Shown here: piece by piece, positions 8,627 to 17,495 of the stretch
Layout of the letters: every line of letters begins with the position of its first letter
How positions within the stretch are numbered: position 1 is the stretch's first letter
Source: Thermoproteota archaeon
GTDB lineage: Archaea > Thermoproteota > EX4484-205 > JAAOZP01
NCBI GenBank assembly: GCA_038883435.1
Contig: JAVZMD010000002.1
Location: 1 to 38,958, forward strand
Reading direction: 5' to 3'
DNA length: 38,958 nt
The notes under the pieces: generated by a model
Databases searched by the model: none
Seen by the model: the letters and a program-made list of their open reading frames with translations, nothing else
Told to the model about the DNA's origin: nothing
Program-made: the position numbers and the translations under genes

Positions 8627-10345
8627 TTAGCGTTTTCTCCACATGACTACTATAATGGCTATTAGGACCAGCATGACTATTAGGCTTACATTCATAATGT
8701 TCAATTCAATCCTCCAGCTCGCAACTAGTGTTACTGGTTCTCTTATAGCGAAAGAATAATTAGAGGAGGTTGAAACTATGCTTCCATTGACCTTCCAGCC
8801 CTCGAAAACGTAGTTAGTGAAGAAATCCCTCGGAATAGCTGTTGGAGATATTGAAACGCTTACCGTTGAGCCGTTAACATATTTCCCAGCTCCCGTTATC
8901 ACTCCTCTTTCACTGTAAACCTTTACTTCGAGTATCGTCGGCTTAACAGCTATCGTCAGAGGAAGCCAATTGATTTCCCCCTCATCATCCCTTACTATAA
9001 GGCTTACCGTGTAATTTCCTTCCTTAGCATACGCGTGAGTTATGCTCTCCCCATAGCCTTCACACCCGTCTCCGAAAAGCCACATCCAGCTAACGATTCT
9101 ACCATCTGGATCGATCGAGTTACTAATGAAAGTAATGTTTTCATTCGAATGGGGCTCCTTCGGCGAATATGTGAAATTTACTATCGGTGGAGAATTGTAA
9201 ACCGTTATTACCTTTTCGCAACTATCTTCAAGCCCCTCATCGTCCTTAACCGTCAGTCTAACAGTATAATTTTCCCTCTTCTTGAATATATGCATTACAA
9301 CTCTTCCAGTCGCATTTTCACCATCTCCAAAATCCCACAGCCAGCTTATTATTCTACCATCTAGATCGGTTGAATTATCCGAAAAGTAAACTTTATCTAT
9401 GCAGGTTATCTTTAGAGGGAAGTGAAAGAAATCTGCCTTTGGTGGCATATTTCCGTATTTAACCAAGGGAAGATAGTCTCCAGGCCCATGTGGAACTTGA
9501 GTATCTCCTATCCCGTCTTTATCCTCATCAGCTCCTGTATAATCGCTCCAACTGTTTCCACCAATCCAAGGTCCACCAATGATGTTCTCGCCTTTGGTCT
9601 TAGTTATATTCCATTTATTTCCAGTGTGGTTGCCGACAATGTTCCAATTCACCTCATTACTAAACCTGTTATTGAAGATCGTGTTATTGCTTGAAAAGTA
9701 AAGTAGAATTCCTAAATAATTTTTAAGAATAGTACAGTTTGCAACGACGCTACTAGAGGAAGAATCAAACATGATTCCGTCTTTATTATCGGATAAAGTA
9801 CAATTGTCTACAATGCCGTTAGAGGAGAGTTTTAGGTAGATGCCGACATCATTACTGAAGATTCGACAACTCTTTATAACGATCTTGGAGGAAGAGTTCT
9901 GAAAGACTCCGATCGTCCCATTACTTATCCTACAGCTAACTATCGTAACGTTAGATGAACCATAAACCATAATCCCAAAGGAATTGTTATGAAGCTCGCA
10001 ATTCTCTATCTTTACGTTCTTCACGTTGTAAAGACAAATTCCAGCATGACTTTTATTCCCCTCTATAACCAGGTTCCTTATGACGAAGTATGAGCTAGTG
10101 TTCCAGATCTCTATTCCATTCATAACAATAGAACTTATACTTAGATTCTCTAATACATATGGCCTCTCTCTTGAGCCATCTCCGCTTACTATTATACTCC
10201 ACATCTTGAAATCCTTATCGCCGTTAATGCATATTGGGCCATGCTTTTTATTTTCCCATTGAGGCTCTGTCTTTATAGGACATGAGAATGCGAATAATAA
10301 TATTAAGGAGAATGTCAGGACGAATACTACAGTGGTATCTTTCAT
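8627..10345 (-). CDS. Secreted, membrane-anchored surface protein: right-handed parallel beta-helix (NosD/PbH1-like) repeats, two PKD domains, a C-terminal Ig-like repeat and a TM anchor
   Basis: N-terminal signal/TM segment. Repeated ~22-aa N..I..C.I..N units. GGNSWSDYTGADEDKDGIGDTQVP motif. Two WxFGDG PKD cores. Hydrophobic C-terminus ending WRKR. Many N-x-S/T sequons. Confidence 0.8.
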   Translation of the reverse strand: MKDTTVVFVLTFSLILLFAFSCPIKTEPQWENKKHGPICINGDKDFKMWSIIVSGDGSRERPYVLENLSISSIVMNGIEIWNTSSYFVIRNLVIEGNKSHAGICLYNVKNVKIENCELHNNSFGIMVYGSSNVTIVSCRISNGTIGVFQNSSSKIVIKSCRIFSNDVGIYLKLSSNGIVDNCTLSDNKDGIMFDSSSSSVVANCTILKNYLGILLYFSSNNTIFNNRFSNEVNWNIVGNHTGNKWNITKTKGENIIGGPWIGGNSWSDYTGADEDKDGIGDTQVPHGPGDYLPLVKYGNMPPKADFFHFPLKITCIDKVYFSDNSTDLDGRIISWLWDFGDGENATGRVVMHIFKKRENYTVRLTVKDDEGLEDSCEKVITVYNSPPIVNFTYSPKEPHSNENITFISNSIDPDGRIVSWMWLFGDGCEGYGESITHAYAKEGNYTVSLIVRDDEGEINWLPLTIAVKPTILEVKVYSERGVITGAGKYVNGSTVSVSISPTAIPRDFFTNYVFEGWKVNGSIVSTSSNYSFAIREPVTLVASWRIELNIMNVSLIVMLVLIAIIVVMWRKR

Positions 10346-10355
10346 CTTAGCTATT

Positions 10356-11090
10356 CTACCTCCTATGCTTAATCAAGAGGTAGGCTGCGATAATACTCAC
10401 AAGTATTATTGGAACGGAATATATCGCCCACATGGAGGGTTTTCCCTCTTCTTCAACTAGGACCTTAGGCTTAATAAGTGGGTAATTATCCATGCTATAT
10501 TCATCTATTACATATGGTCTATCGCCTACTCCATCATCATCTATATCAGTTCCATTGTAATCGTCCCAATAGTTTCCTCCAATATATTTCCCTCCCACTA
10601 TGTTTTTCCCCTCGTGCTTCTCTATGTTCCACTTGCTCGGATAAAACATCGCACCAAAAGCTTCACAGTTCTTCGCCTTTAGAGTAAAATTGCCGTGGAC
10701 TAATATCTTCGTATTGTTAAAGAAGTTGTTGTAGATTAAATTGTCTTTTGCGAAGTCGAGTTTTACTCCTATCTGGTTGTTTCGTATTATGCAGCCCGTA
10801 ACCGTGTTATTATGAGAAAGCAAAAGGCGTATGCCATAACTGTTTCCATATAGTTCGCAGTCTTTTATGACGTTATTCGTTGAATACAGAAGGCTTATTC
10901 CCTCGTAATTATTATAAGCTTTACAGTTAACGATAAGGGTGTTATTAGTTGGAGGAAACCTCAGCTTCATTCCAAGGAAAGATGCCTCTCCATCCTTTAA
11001 TTTTATTCCACTATATGAATTATTGTATACTTCACAGTTTATTATGATTGCATCGAAGGTAGAGGATAAGTAGATGCAGTTAATGAAGCA
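10356..11090 (-). pseudogene. 5'-truncated paralog of the beta-helix surface protein: beta-helix repeats, GGNYWDDYNG..DDDGVGD motif and C-terminal TM anchor
   Basis: The track ORF starts at 10970, but the same frame stays open and beta-helix-like (FINCIYLSSTFDAIIINCEVYNNSYSGIKL) up to ~11090. No signal peptide or plausible N-terminus is present. Similarity ends where the + strand 305-aa gene begins. Confidence 0.6.
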
Positions 11091-12008
11091 GTGACGCTGA
11101 TTTACGTGAAGGAAGGGTCTGTCTGCACGCCCGTGTATAGCCTTAAAGCCGGAGACATTAAATCCGCCTTAAACAGGGCGTTTAAGTGGAAGGAGGATAC
11201 GAAGGGGAGGGAACACATAGGCCTGAAGGAGAAGCTCCTCGTATTGCTCGGCTACCAAGCCTACCAGGATTTGAAGGAGGGAATAGGGAGCAAGTACGGG
11301 ATCCTCGTAGAATTCGACAACGGCAGGAAAGCTTACACCGGAGACGAAAGCATAGCAATCCACGTGCCAGAGGGAGCAAGCAAGATGGAAACGATAGTCG
11401 TGACATCAATAGAAGAAAGAATGCGATACGACCTTCATGAGATAATAGAGTGTTTCGCTCGGGGAGAAGAGAGGGATGCAGCTATTCCAATAGGGCGCGT
11501 CGGCGAGCACATCATATACACTAAACATCTCGATGAAATAAAGGAGCTGATTGTCCAAAAGCTCAGGGAAGACGGAGTCCCTGAGGAGCAGATTTGGTAT
11601 TTCCGCGAGAAGGTGGTTTCAAAGAAATTAGGGACAGATGCTTCTGGAGAGAGGGTGACAGACATAGTTTTTAGGGCTCAGGAGGAGATAGTCCTGGGGG
11701 GAAAGAGGTTTAAGAAGGACGATGTCGTCGCGATAGTGGAGATTAAGAGCACCACTAAAACATACTCCGAGAGCGAATTCAAAGAGAGGTTTGGCGAAGC
11801 AGTGGGAGACCTTAAGAATAAATACGTCAATATTGAAGACTATAAAACCGCCATGTATGGTGTTGCCGTCGCCTTCGGTTTCGAGCCCGAGGAAATGCTG
11901 TGGAGCCTAACGCTATTCAACGAGTTATCTTACCCTAGTAATATAGGGCCTTATGAAAATCCTTATATTGAAGTATTCGGAAGAGGTGGGCTTGTGGGAG
12001 ATGGTTAG
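11091..12008 (+). CDS. Uncharacterised 305-aa protein with a C-terminal PD-(D/E)xK nuclease-like motif
   Basis: GERVTDIVFR (Asp at 11661-11663) followed by DDVVAIVEIKS (Glu 11739-11741, Lys 11745-11747) gives a D...E-x-K arrangement. GTG start. The 3' end overlaps the next gene by 56 nt. Confidence 0.65.
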   Translation: MTLIYVKEGSVCTPVYSLKAGDIKSALNRAFKWKEDTKGREHIGLKEKLLVLLGYQAYQDLKEGIGSKYGILVEFDNGRKAYTGDESIAIHVPEGASKMETIVVTSIEERMRYDLHEIIECFARGEERDAAIPIGRVGEHIIYTKHLDEIKELIVQKLREDGVPEEQIWYFREKVVSKKLGTDASGERVTDIVFRAQEEIVLGGKRFKKDDVVAIVEIKSTTKTYSESEFKERFGEAVGDLKNKYVNIEDYKTAMYGVAVAFGFEPEEMLWSLTLFNELSYPSNIGPYENPYIEVFGRGGLVGDG

Positions 12009-12710
12009 TAGGGAGCTTTTGGAGAGGATTAAAGATTACTTGAGCGAGATGTTTAAGGATAAGATAACTAGGCCCGATTTAGCCTATGAGATAGTGGATA
12101 GGCCCGTACCCTATCTGAGGGGTGTGGAATGGCATGTGAATACGGATTTGGATGAAGGCGTTGGAGTGTTTGGGCTCTCCGATGGTAGGATCCGGGTGAG
12201 TTCGCATGCTTTAGGAGAACATTATAGGGAAGGTTTGGAGATAATAACTGCAGACCTTTACAGGCGTAGATTGGAGAAGGCGAAGAGCGAAGAGGAGAGG
12301 GAGAGGATTAGGAAGGAGAGGGAAAGGGAGATAGAAGAAGTGATGGACGATCTAGTCAACAAGAGGTGGGAGAAATACCTTAAAGATGAGCGTTTGAGGA
12401 GGAGGTATGGGACCTTCATAGGCCTCTACTGGGGTGAGGAGGTTGCGAGAAGGATTAGGGAGAAGTACGGCATGGACATGGAATTCATAGTAGGCCTCGC
12501 GGGCAGGACCGGCTACATATCGGTATTCGACCCAAAAGGCATGAGCGAAGACCAGATATTCGAAGAAATAGTTAAAAGGGTGAAAATGGTCTACGACGCG
12601 TACAATTCGTGGTACGATTTAGGAGAAAGAAAAAAATTCGAAGAAGAATTCAAAGAAAAATGGGGACTGAGAAAGAAGCGTAGGAGAAGGAGGAAGAGCT
12701 AAGCAGCCAA
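11926..12710. repeat. Right arm of the ~785-bp inverted repeat (pairs with 7434..8218)
   Basis: See the left arm. The arms bracket a 3707-bp central segment (8219..11925). Confidence 0.9.
11953..12702 (+). CDS. Uncharacterised 249-aa highly charged protein with a C-terminal RKKRRRRRKS tail (copy B)
   Basis: Intact paralog of 7442..8191. Its start lies inside the 3' end of the PD-(D/E)xK-like gene, in a different frame. Confidence 0.75.
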   Translation: MKILILKYSEEVGLWEMVSRELLERIKDYLSEMFKDKITRPDLAYEIVDRPVPYLRGVEWHVNTDLDEGVGVFGLSDGRIRVSSHALGEHYREGLEIITADLYRRRLEKAKSEEERERIRKEREREIEEVMDDLVNKRWEKYLKDERLRRRYGTFIGLYWGEEVARRIREKYGMDMEFIVGLAGRTGYISVFDPKGMSEDQIFEEIVKRVKMVYDAYNSWYDLGERKKFEEEFKEKWGLRKKRRRRRKS

Positions 12711-12817
12711 CGCAGCATCGGAATATTCTTGGATATCCCTTTTAAGGAGGATGCTGAGCTGGGAGGAATGCTTTTAAGGAGGAGGGTTAAAAAGATGTTT
12801 ACGAAGGGTAGCGGAAA

Positions 12818-15800
12818 ATGTCCCACGAAGAGTTCTCAAAGCTATTCGACGGCGAGTATGATATGCAATTACTTGAGAACAGAGTTTTGGAATTCTGGGA
12901 AGAGAACAAGATACCAGAAGAGCTTAGAAAACTGCGATTAGAAAGAAATATAGGAAAACTTGGATACGTCGAAGGACCGCCGACATTAAACGGTCGTACA
13001 CACCTAGGCCATACGTGGGGCCGCGCAACGAAGGATATGTGGTATAGGTGGAGGTCTATGCAGGGCTATTATGTTCTCTTCAGGGCTGGTTGGGATTGTC
13101 AAGGTTTGCCTGTTGAGATCGAAGCTGAGAAGGAGCTTGGCTTCTCCAATAAGAAGGAGGCTCTTGCTAAGCTTGGTGAGGAGAGATTCATTGAGGAGAT
13201 TAAGAAGATTCTTCACAAGTATCATGCTGACTGGAGGAGGGTTGATAGGAGATTTGGAATGTTTATGGATTACGATAAAGAATATTTCACATATAAGGAT
13301 GAATATATTGAAAGAGAGTGGAAGTATCTTAAGAGGGCTTATGAACAGGGTCTTCTTGGAAAGGGTTATAGGGTCGTAGCGTATTGTCCAAGCTGCCAGA
13401 CTTCACTAAGCAATGCTGAAGTCGGGCAGGAGTACAGTATGGTTGAAGATCCTTCTGTCTACTTTAAGGTTAGGCTTGAAACGGGAGACTATGTCTTGGT
13501 TTGGACGACGATGCCTTTTACAATAGTCACGGATGAGCTCCTAGCTGTGAATCCTGATGCGGAATATGCTAGGGTCAGAGTTGGGGATGAGAGATGGATA
13601 ATGGTTAGTAATCTCGTCGATTCTTTAATGAGCAAGCTGAATATCTCGGATTACGTTGTTGAAGATACTTTTCCTGGAATAGAGCTCGAGGGGAAGAGGT
13701 ATGAGTATCCGCTTATGGAGGAAGTGCCCCGTCAGAAGATGCTTGAAGAAGAGGATAGTAGGATTCACAGGATTGTTACTGCAGGATTCGTAGATGTTAC
13801 TACTGGGACAGGCGTAGTCCATATTGCTCCAGCTAACGGTGAGGAGGACTTTGAGTTGGCACAGATGCTTAAGATACCTATCTTCTCGCCTTTCGACGAT
13901 GAGGCGAAATTCACTGAAGACGCTGGTTTCTTCAAAGGGGTTTTCGCAAGAGATGCTGACCAGATTGTCCTAGACATTCTTGAGAAGAAAGGGCTTTTAG
14001 TTAAATCTGAGAGAATAGTTCACGAATACCCGTTATGCTGGCGTTCTAAGCATAGGCTAATATGGCTGGCTAGGACAGAATACTTCTACTGGCTTGATAA
14101 GATTGTCGATAAGCTTGTAGAAGCAGCTTCTAAAGTAGAATATTTTTACAATCCTCCTAAGAACAGGTTCCTCTCGTTCATAAAAGAGGGTAAGCCCTGG
14201 TGTATTTCGAGAGAAAGAGTCTGGGGTACTCCGATGCCGATATTCGTATGCGAAAAATGTGGAAAGGAGGAGCTCTTAGCATCGAGGAGGGAAATTGTGG
14301 AAAGGGCCTTAAGCCTCCCAGACGGTGAGAACTTCGAGCTCCATAAGCCTTGGATGGACAAGATCAAGATTAAGTGTTCATGCGGGGGAGTTATGCATAG
14401 GGTGCCGTTTGTTCTCGACACTTGGCATAATAGCGGCGCTGCACCCTATTCAAGCCTTACCGACGAGGAGTATAAAGAGTTTGTGCCGGTCGATTTCCTC
14501 GTCGAATCAATAGACCAGACGCGCGGCTGGGCTTTCACACTGCTTGTGGAAAACGTAATAATGACTGGCGAGCCGAAGGCCCCTTACAAAGCTTTTCTCT
14601 TCTACGGTCAAGTCCTCGACGAGAAAGGGAATAAGATGAGTAAGAGCCTTGGAAATGTCATAAATACTGAAGACGTTATTACAAAGTATTCAGCAGACCT
14701 CTGTAGGTTCTACCTTCTTTGGAAAACTAATCCGATAGAGAATATAAACTTCAGCTTCAGCGAGATGATGGAGAGGCCGTATCAGGTTTTGAATACTTTC
14801 TTTAACCTCGGCAAGCTTTTAAAGCAGAATGCTGAGTACGATGGGTTCGACTATGATAAATATAGTTTGCAATGGGCTCTAAGTAATGGTGAAGTTAAAG
14901 ATCCTGAAAGATGGGTTCTATCATGTCTTCAGAAGCTTGTGAAAACGGTGACAGAGGGCTTCAGTACGATGAGGATTCATGAGTCTACAAGAGCCTTGGA
15001 GAAGTTCATCATAGAGGTTTTAAGCAGACAATATGTGCCAATGGTTAGAAAAGACCTTTGGAGCGATGATCCTGCTGAACTTAACCGTAGAATGACAATA
15101 TACGCTGTACTATTCCACTGTCTCACCACCATAGGCAGACTTATGAATCCCATAACACCATTCCTAGCTGAAGCCTTCTACCAAGGGGTTGTGAAAAAAT
15201 TCAGTAGGAAAACATCAGAATCAGTAAATTTTGAAGAATGGCCCAGGCCTGATGGAAAACTCGTGAACGACGAGCTTGAGAAAGACTTTGAGAAAATAAA
15301 CGAAGTAATAAGCCTTGGCAATTGGGCCAGGATGAAGGCCGGAGTAAAAAGAAGATGGCCGTTGAAGCAGATAGTTCTAATACTAAGAGAGGAGTATGCT
15401 GAAAGCGTAAGCAAGAATATTGAAGTCTTAAAGGAATTACTTAACGTCAAAGAAGTACTCTTAAGCAGAAGCCTTGAAGATGCAGGTATTAAAACAATAG
15501 TGAAGCTAAACTACTCCACAGCAGGCCCAAAGTTTAAGGATAAGGCTGGTAAAGTAGCTTCACTAGTAGCAAGTAAAGCGATGGAAGTCGTCAAGGCCAT
15601 AGATAAGGAAGGCAGGTTTCTGCTGAATGTCGATGGAGAAACCGTTGAACTACTTAGGGAAGACCTAGTCTTCGATTACGAGGCGCCGGAGAACCACGTA
15701 ATGGTTTCAGACAAGTCAGGTTTCGCATTACTCGACGTAAGGAGAACACCAGAGCTTATTGCAGAAGGCTATATGAGAGATGTAGCAAGGAGGATCCAAG

Positions 15801-16027
15801 CATACAGGAAGAAGCTTGAATTAAACCCCACGGAAATCCTTAGCAAAGTCACCGTATACGGTGTGACTCAAGAAGGATGTACTCGTCTAAAGCCACTACT
15901 TAACGAGCTTGCAAACCTAGTTAGAGCAAAAACAGTAGAACTAGATACGACAATCCCAGAAAATAAGGAGGGGCTCGGAGAATACGACATAGAGGGCGAA
16001 AAAATCTACATACGAATAAGCAAATAA
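12818..16027 (+). CDS. ileS: Isoleucyl-tRNA synthetase
   Basis: 1069 aa class I aaRS. PPTLNGRTHLGH (HIGH-type motif), KMSKS (GNKMSKSLGN), a CP1 editing-domain-sized insertion and archaeal-type length. Confidence 0.92.
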   Translation: MSHEEFSKLFDGEYDMQLLENRVLEFWEENKIPEELRKLRLERNIGKLGYVEGPPTLNGRTHLGHTWGRATKDMWYRWRSMQGYYVLFRAGWDCQGLPVEIEAEKELGFSNKKEALAKLGEERFIEEIKKILHKYHADWRRVDRRFGMFMDYDKEYFTYKDEYIEREWKYLKRAYEQGLLGKGYRVVAYCPSCQTSLSNAEVGQEYSMVEDPSVYFKVRLETGDYVLVWTTMPFTIVTDELLAVNPDAEYARVRVGDERWIMVSNLVDSLMSKLNISDYVVEDTFPGIELEGKRYEYPLMEEVPRQKMLEEEDSRIHRIVTAGFVDVTTGTGVVHIAPANGEEDFELAQMLKIPIFSPFDDEAKFTEDAGFFKGVFARDADQIVLDILEKKGLLVKSERIVHEYPLCWRSKHRLIWLARTEYFYWLDKIVDKLVEAASKVEYFYNPPKNRFLSFIKEGKPWCISRERVWGTPMPIFVCEKCGKEELLASRREIVERALSLPDGENFELHKPWMDKIKIKCSCGGVMHRVPFVLDTWHNSGAAPYSSLTDEEYKEFVPVDFLVESIDQTRGWAFTLLVENVIMTGEPKAPYKAFLFYGQVLDEKGNKMSKSLGNVINTEDVITKYSADLCRFYLLWKTNPIENINFSFSEMMERPYQVLNTFFNLGKLLKQNAEYDGFDYDKYSLQWALSNGEVKDPERWVLSCLQKLVKTVTEGFSTMRIHESTRALEKFIIEVLSRQYVPMVRKDLWSDDPAELNRRMTIYAVLFHCLTTIGRLMNPITPFLAEAFYQGVVKKFSRKTSESVNFEEWPRPDGKLVNDELEKDFEKINEVISLGNWARMKAGVKRRWPLKQIVLILREEYAESVSKNIEVLKELLNVKEVLLSRSLEDAGIKTIVKLNYSTAGPKFKDKAGKVASLVASKAMEVVKAIDKEGRFLLNVDGETVELLREDLVFDYEAPENHVMVSDKSGFALLDVRRTPELIAEGYMRDVARRIQAYRKKLELNPTEILSKVTVYGVTQEGCTRLKPLLNELANLVRAKTVELDTTIPENKEGLGEYDIEGEKIYIRISK

Positions 16028-16252
16028 TGACCTAAGCTTAATCTTATTACTCTGCATTTTTTCGATCCTAAAACGAAATAAGGATTTCTCAAAGATTCTA
16101 TATGAGGACGGAAGGCAACATATAAGCAGAGATAGGGACACTAACCATGGAAAACCCTATTCAAAATATTAGTATAACAAGCCATAACACCATCAAGTAT
16201 TATGAGAAAAAAGTTTATTTACACTATGCTCTAAAATAGAATTGCTCCAGAA

Positions 16253-16343
16253 GCTCCGGTGGTGTAGCCCGGTATAAAAATTCGGATAGCATACTGGCCT
16301 TTCGAGCCAGGGGTCGCGGGTTCAAATCCCGCCCGGAGCACCA
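16253..16343 (+). tRNA. tRNA-Glu(UUC) with encoded CCA and an apparent ~13-nt insertion or non-canonical intron in the D-loop
   Basis: Acceptor GCTCCGG/CCGGAGC, anticodon arm CTGGC-CTTTCGA-GCCAG (TTC at 16301-16303), T arm GCGGG-TTCAAAT-CCCGC, A-CCA. The D-stem GTGT/GCAT encloses a 23-nt loop where 8-11 nt is expected. Confidence 0.85.
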
Positions 16344-16369
16344 AAATTCTAAATTTTTAAAATTTTAAA

Positions 16370-17401
16370 TTAGAAACTCCTGTTAACAAACTTGGGGATA
16401 TTCTCACTGTAGGGAGGTTGGATTATTCCCTTCTCGGTTATGATTCCCGAAATGAGTTCAGGTGGTGTTATGTCAAAAGCAGGGTTGATAACTTTAACAT
16501 CTTTAATTGTTATTAATCTGCCTGCGAAATGAGTAACTTCCTCTGAACTTCTTTCTTCAATTGGTATTTCTTGAGGCTTAGTTTTAAAGTCGAATGTGGA
16601 AAAGGGCGCTGCGACGTAAAACGGTATACCGTAGTGTTTAGCTAGGATAGCTAGTGTTAATGTCCCAATCTTGTTTGCAACGTGTCCGGTTGAAAGTATC
16701 CTATCGGCTCCAACAAGCACCTTATTAACCATCCCCTTAGCCATCACATAGCCAGCCATAGAGTCGCATATCAGCTTAAAGGGGATGCCGTATTTCTTGA
16801 GTTCCCAGGCGGTGAGCCTAGCCCCCTGAAGCAATGGTCTTGTTTCAGTAGCTATGATGGATATCCTCCTCCCTTTCTCCCATGCGACTCTGATTATGCC
16901 GAGCGCCGTACCGTATTCAACGGTGCCTAATCCTCCAGTATTGCAATGAGTTAGAATACTATCGCCATCCATTATTATCTCCAGGCCATTGTTAGCAATC
17001 TTCAAGTTTGTCTCAACATCCTCATCAGCTATTTTCTCGGCTTCTTCAAACAGCCTCTTCTTAATCCCATTAACAGTCTCCTCTCCCTCGATCGCCTTTA
17101 AACACCTGTCTAACGCCCAACTGAGATTTCTCCCAGTTGGCCTAATACTCCTTAGGTATTCGGATGTTTTCAAAACCCTCCTCCTAAGCTTATTAACGTC
17201 GCTTCCCCTATATTTTAAAGCGTCTAAAGCAAGACCATACGCCGCTGCAACTCCGATTAAAGGGGCACCTCTAATTCTCATTTCTTTAATTGCCGAAGCC
17301 ACTTGATGCGCGTTTCTAAGCCTAAGCCAGACCTCCTGGTAAGGAAGTCTAGAAGAATCAAGTGCGTAAAGCACTCCTTTCCTGAAGACTATGCTCCTCA
17401 T
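16370..17401 (-). CDS. mtnA: eIF-2B alpha/beta/delta-family sugar-phosphate isomerase, MtnA type (methylthioribose-1-phosphate or 5-deoxyribose-1-phosphate isomerase)
   Basis: N-terminal ...LYALDSSRLPYQEVWL...VASAIKEMRIRGAPLIGVAAAYGLAL pattern, and C-terminal VGADRI...GHVANKIGT and NPAFDITP blocks typical of MtnA/aIF-2BI. Confidence 0.75.
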   Translation of the reverse strand: MRSIVFRKGVLYALDSSRLPYQEVWLRLRNAHQVASAIKEMRIRGAPLIGVAAAYGLALDALKYRGSDVNKLRRRVLKTSEYLRSIRPTGRNLSWALDRCLKAIEGEETVNGIKKRLFEEAEKIADEDVETNLKIANNGLEIIMDGDSILTHCNTGGLGTVEYGTALGIIRVAWEKGRRISIIATETRPLLQGARLTAWELKKYGIPFKLICDSMAGYVMAKGMVNKVLVGADRILSTGHVANKIGTLTLAILAKHYGIPFYVAAPFSTFDFKTKPQEIPIEERSSEEVTHFAGRLITIKDVKVINPAFDITPPELISGIITEKGIIQPPYSENIPKFVNRSF

Positions 17402-17495
17402 TATGTTTTAACAATTAAGTCTGGGAAAATAAATTTCTTCAGAGATGTTTTTGAAAAATACTTATATCCAGTTACTCATTAAAATATCGCTTAGG

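Noticed and set aside
11169-11440. Three overlapping 64-84-aa ORFs on both strands inside the 305-aa gene
   Set aside because: They are most simply explained by the G+C- and purine-rich composition of this module, which suppresses stops. The 11169..11363 minus-strand ORF is only the chance continuation of the truncated beta-helix frame.
11085-12730. Terminal inverted repeats or target-site duplications at the ends of the two-gene module
   Set aside because: Comparing ~30 nt at each boundary by eye gave only weak, gapped similarity (CAGCGTCACTGC vs CAGCCAACGCAGC) and no direct repeat. This is not enough to claim transposon ends.
12729-12941. 70-aa ORF overlapping the ileS start
   Set aside because: It is out of frame with, and largely inside, the ileS 5' region, and has no recognisable features. 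The IleRS N-terminus is well supported from 12818.
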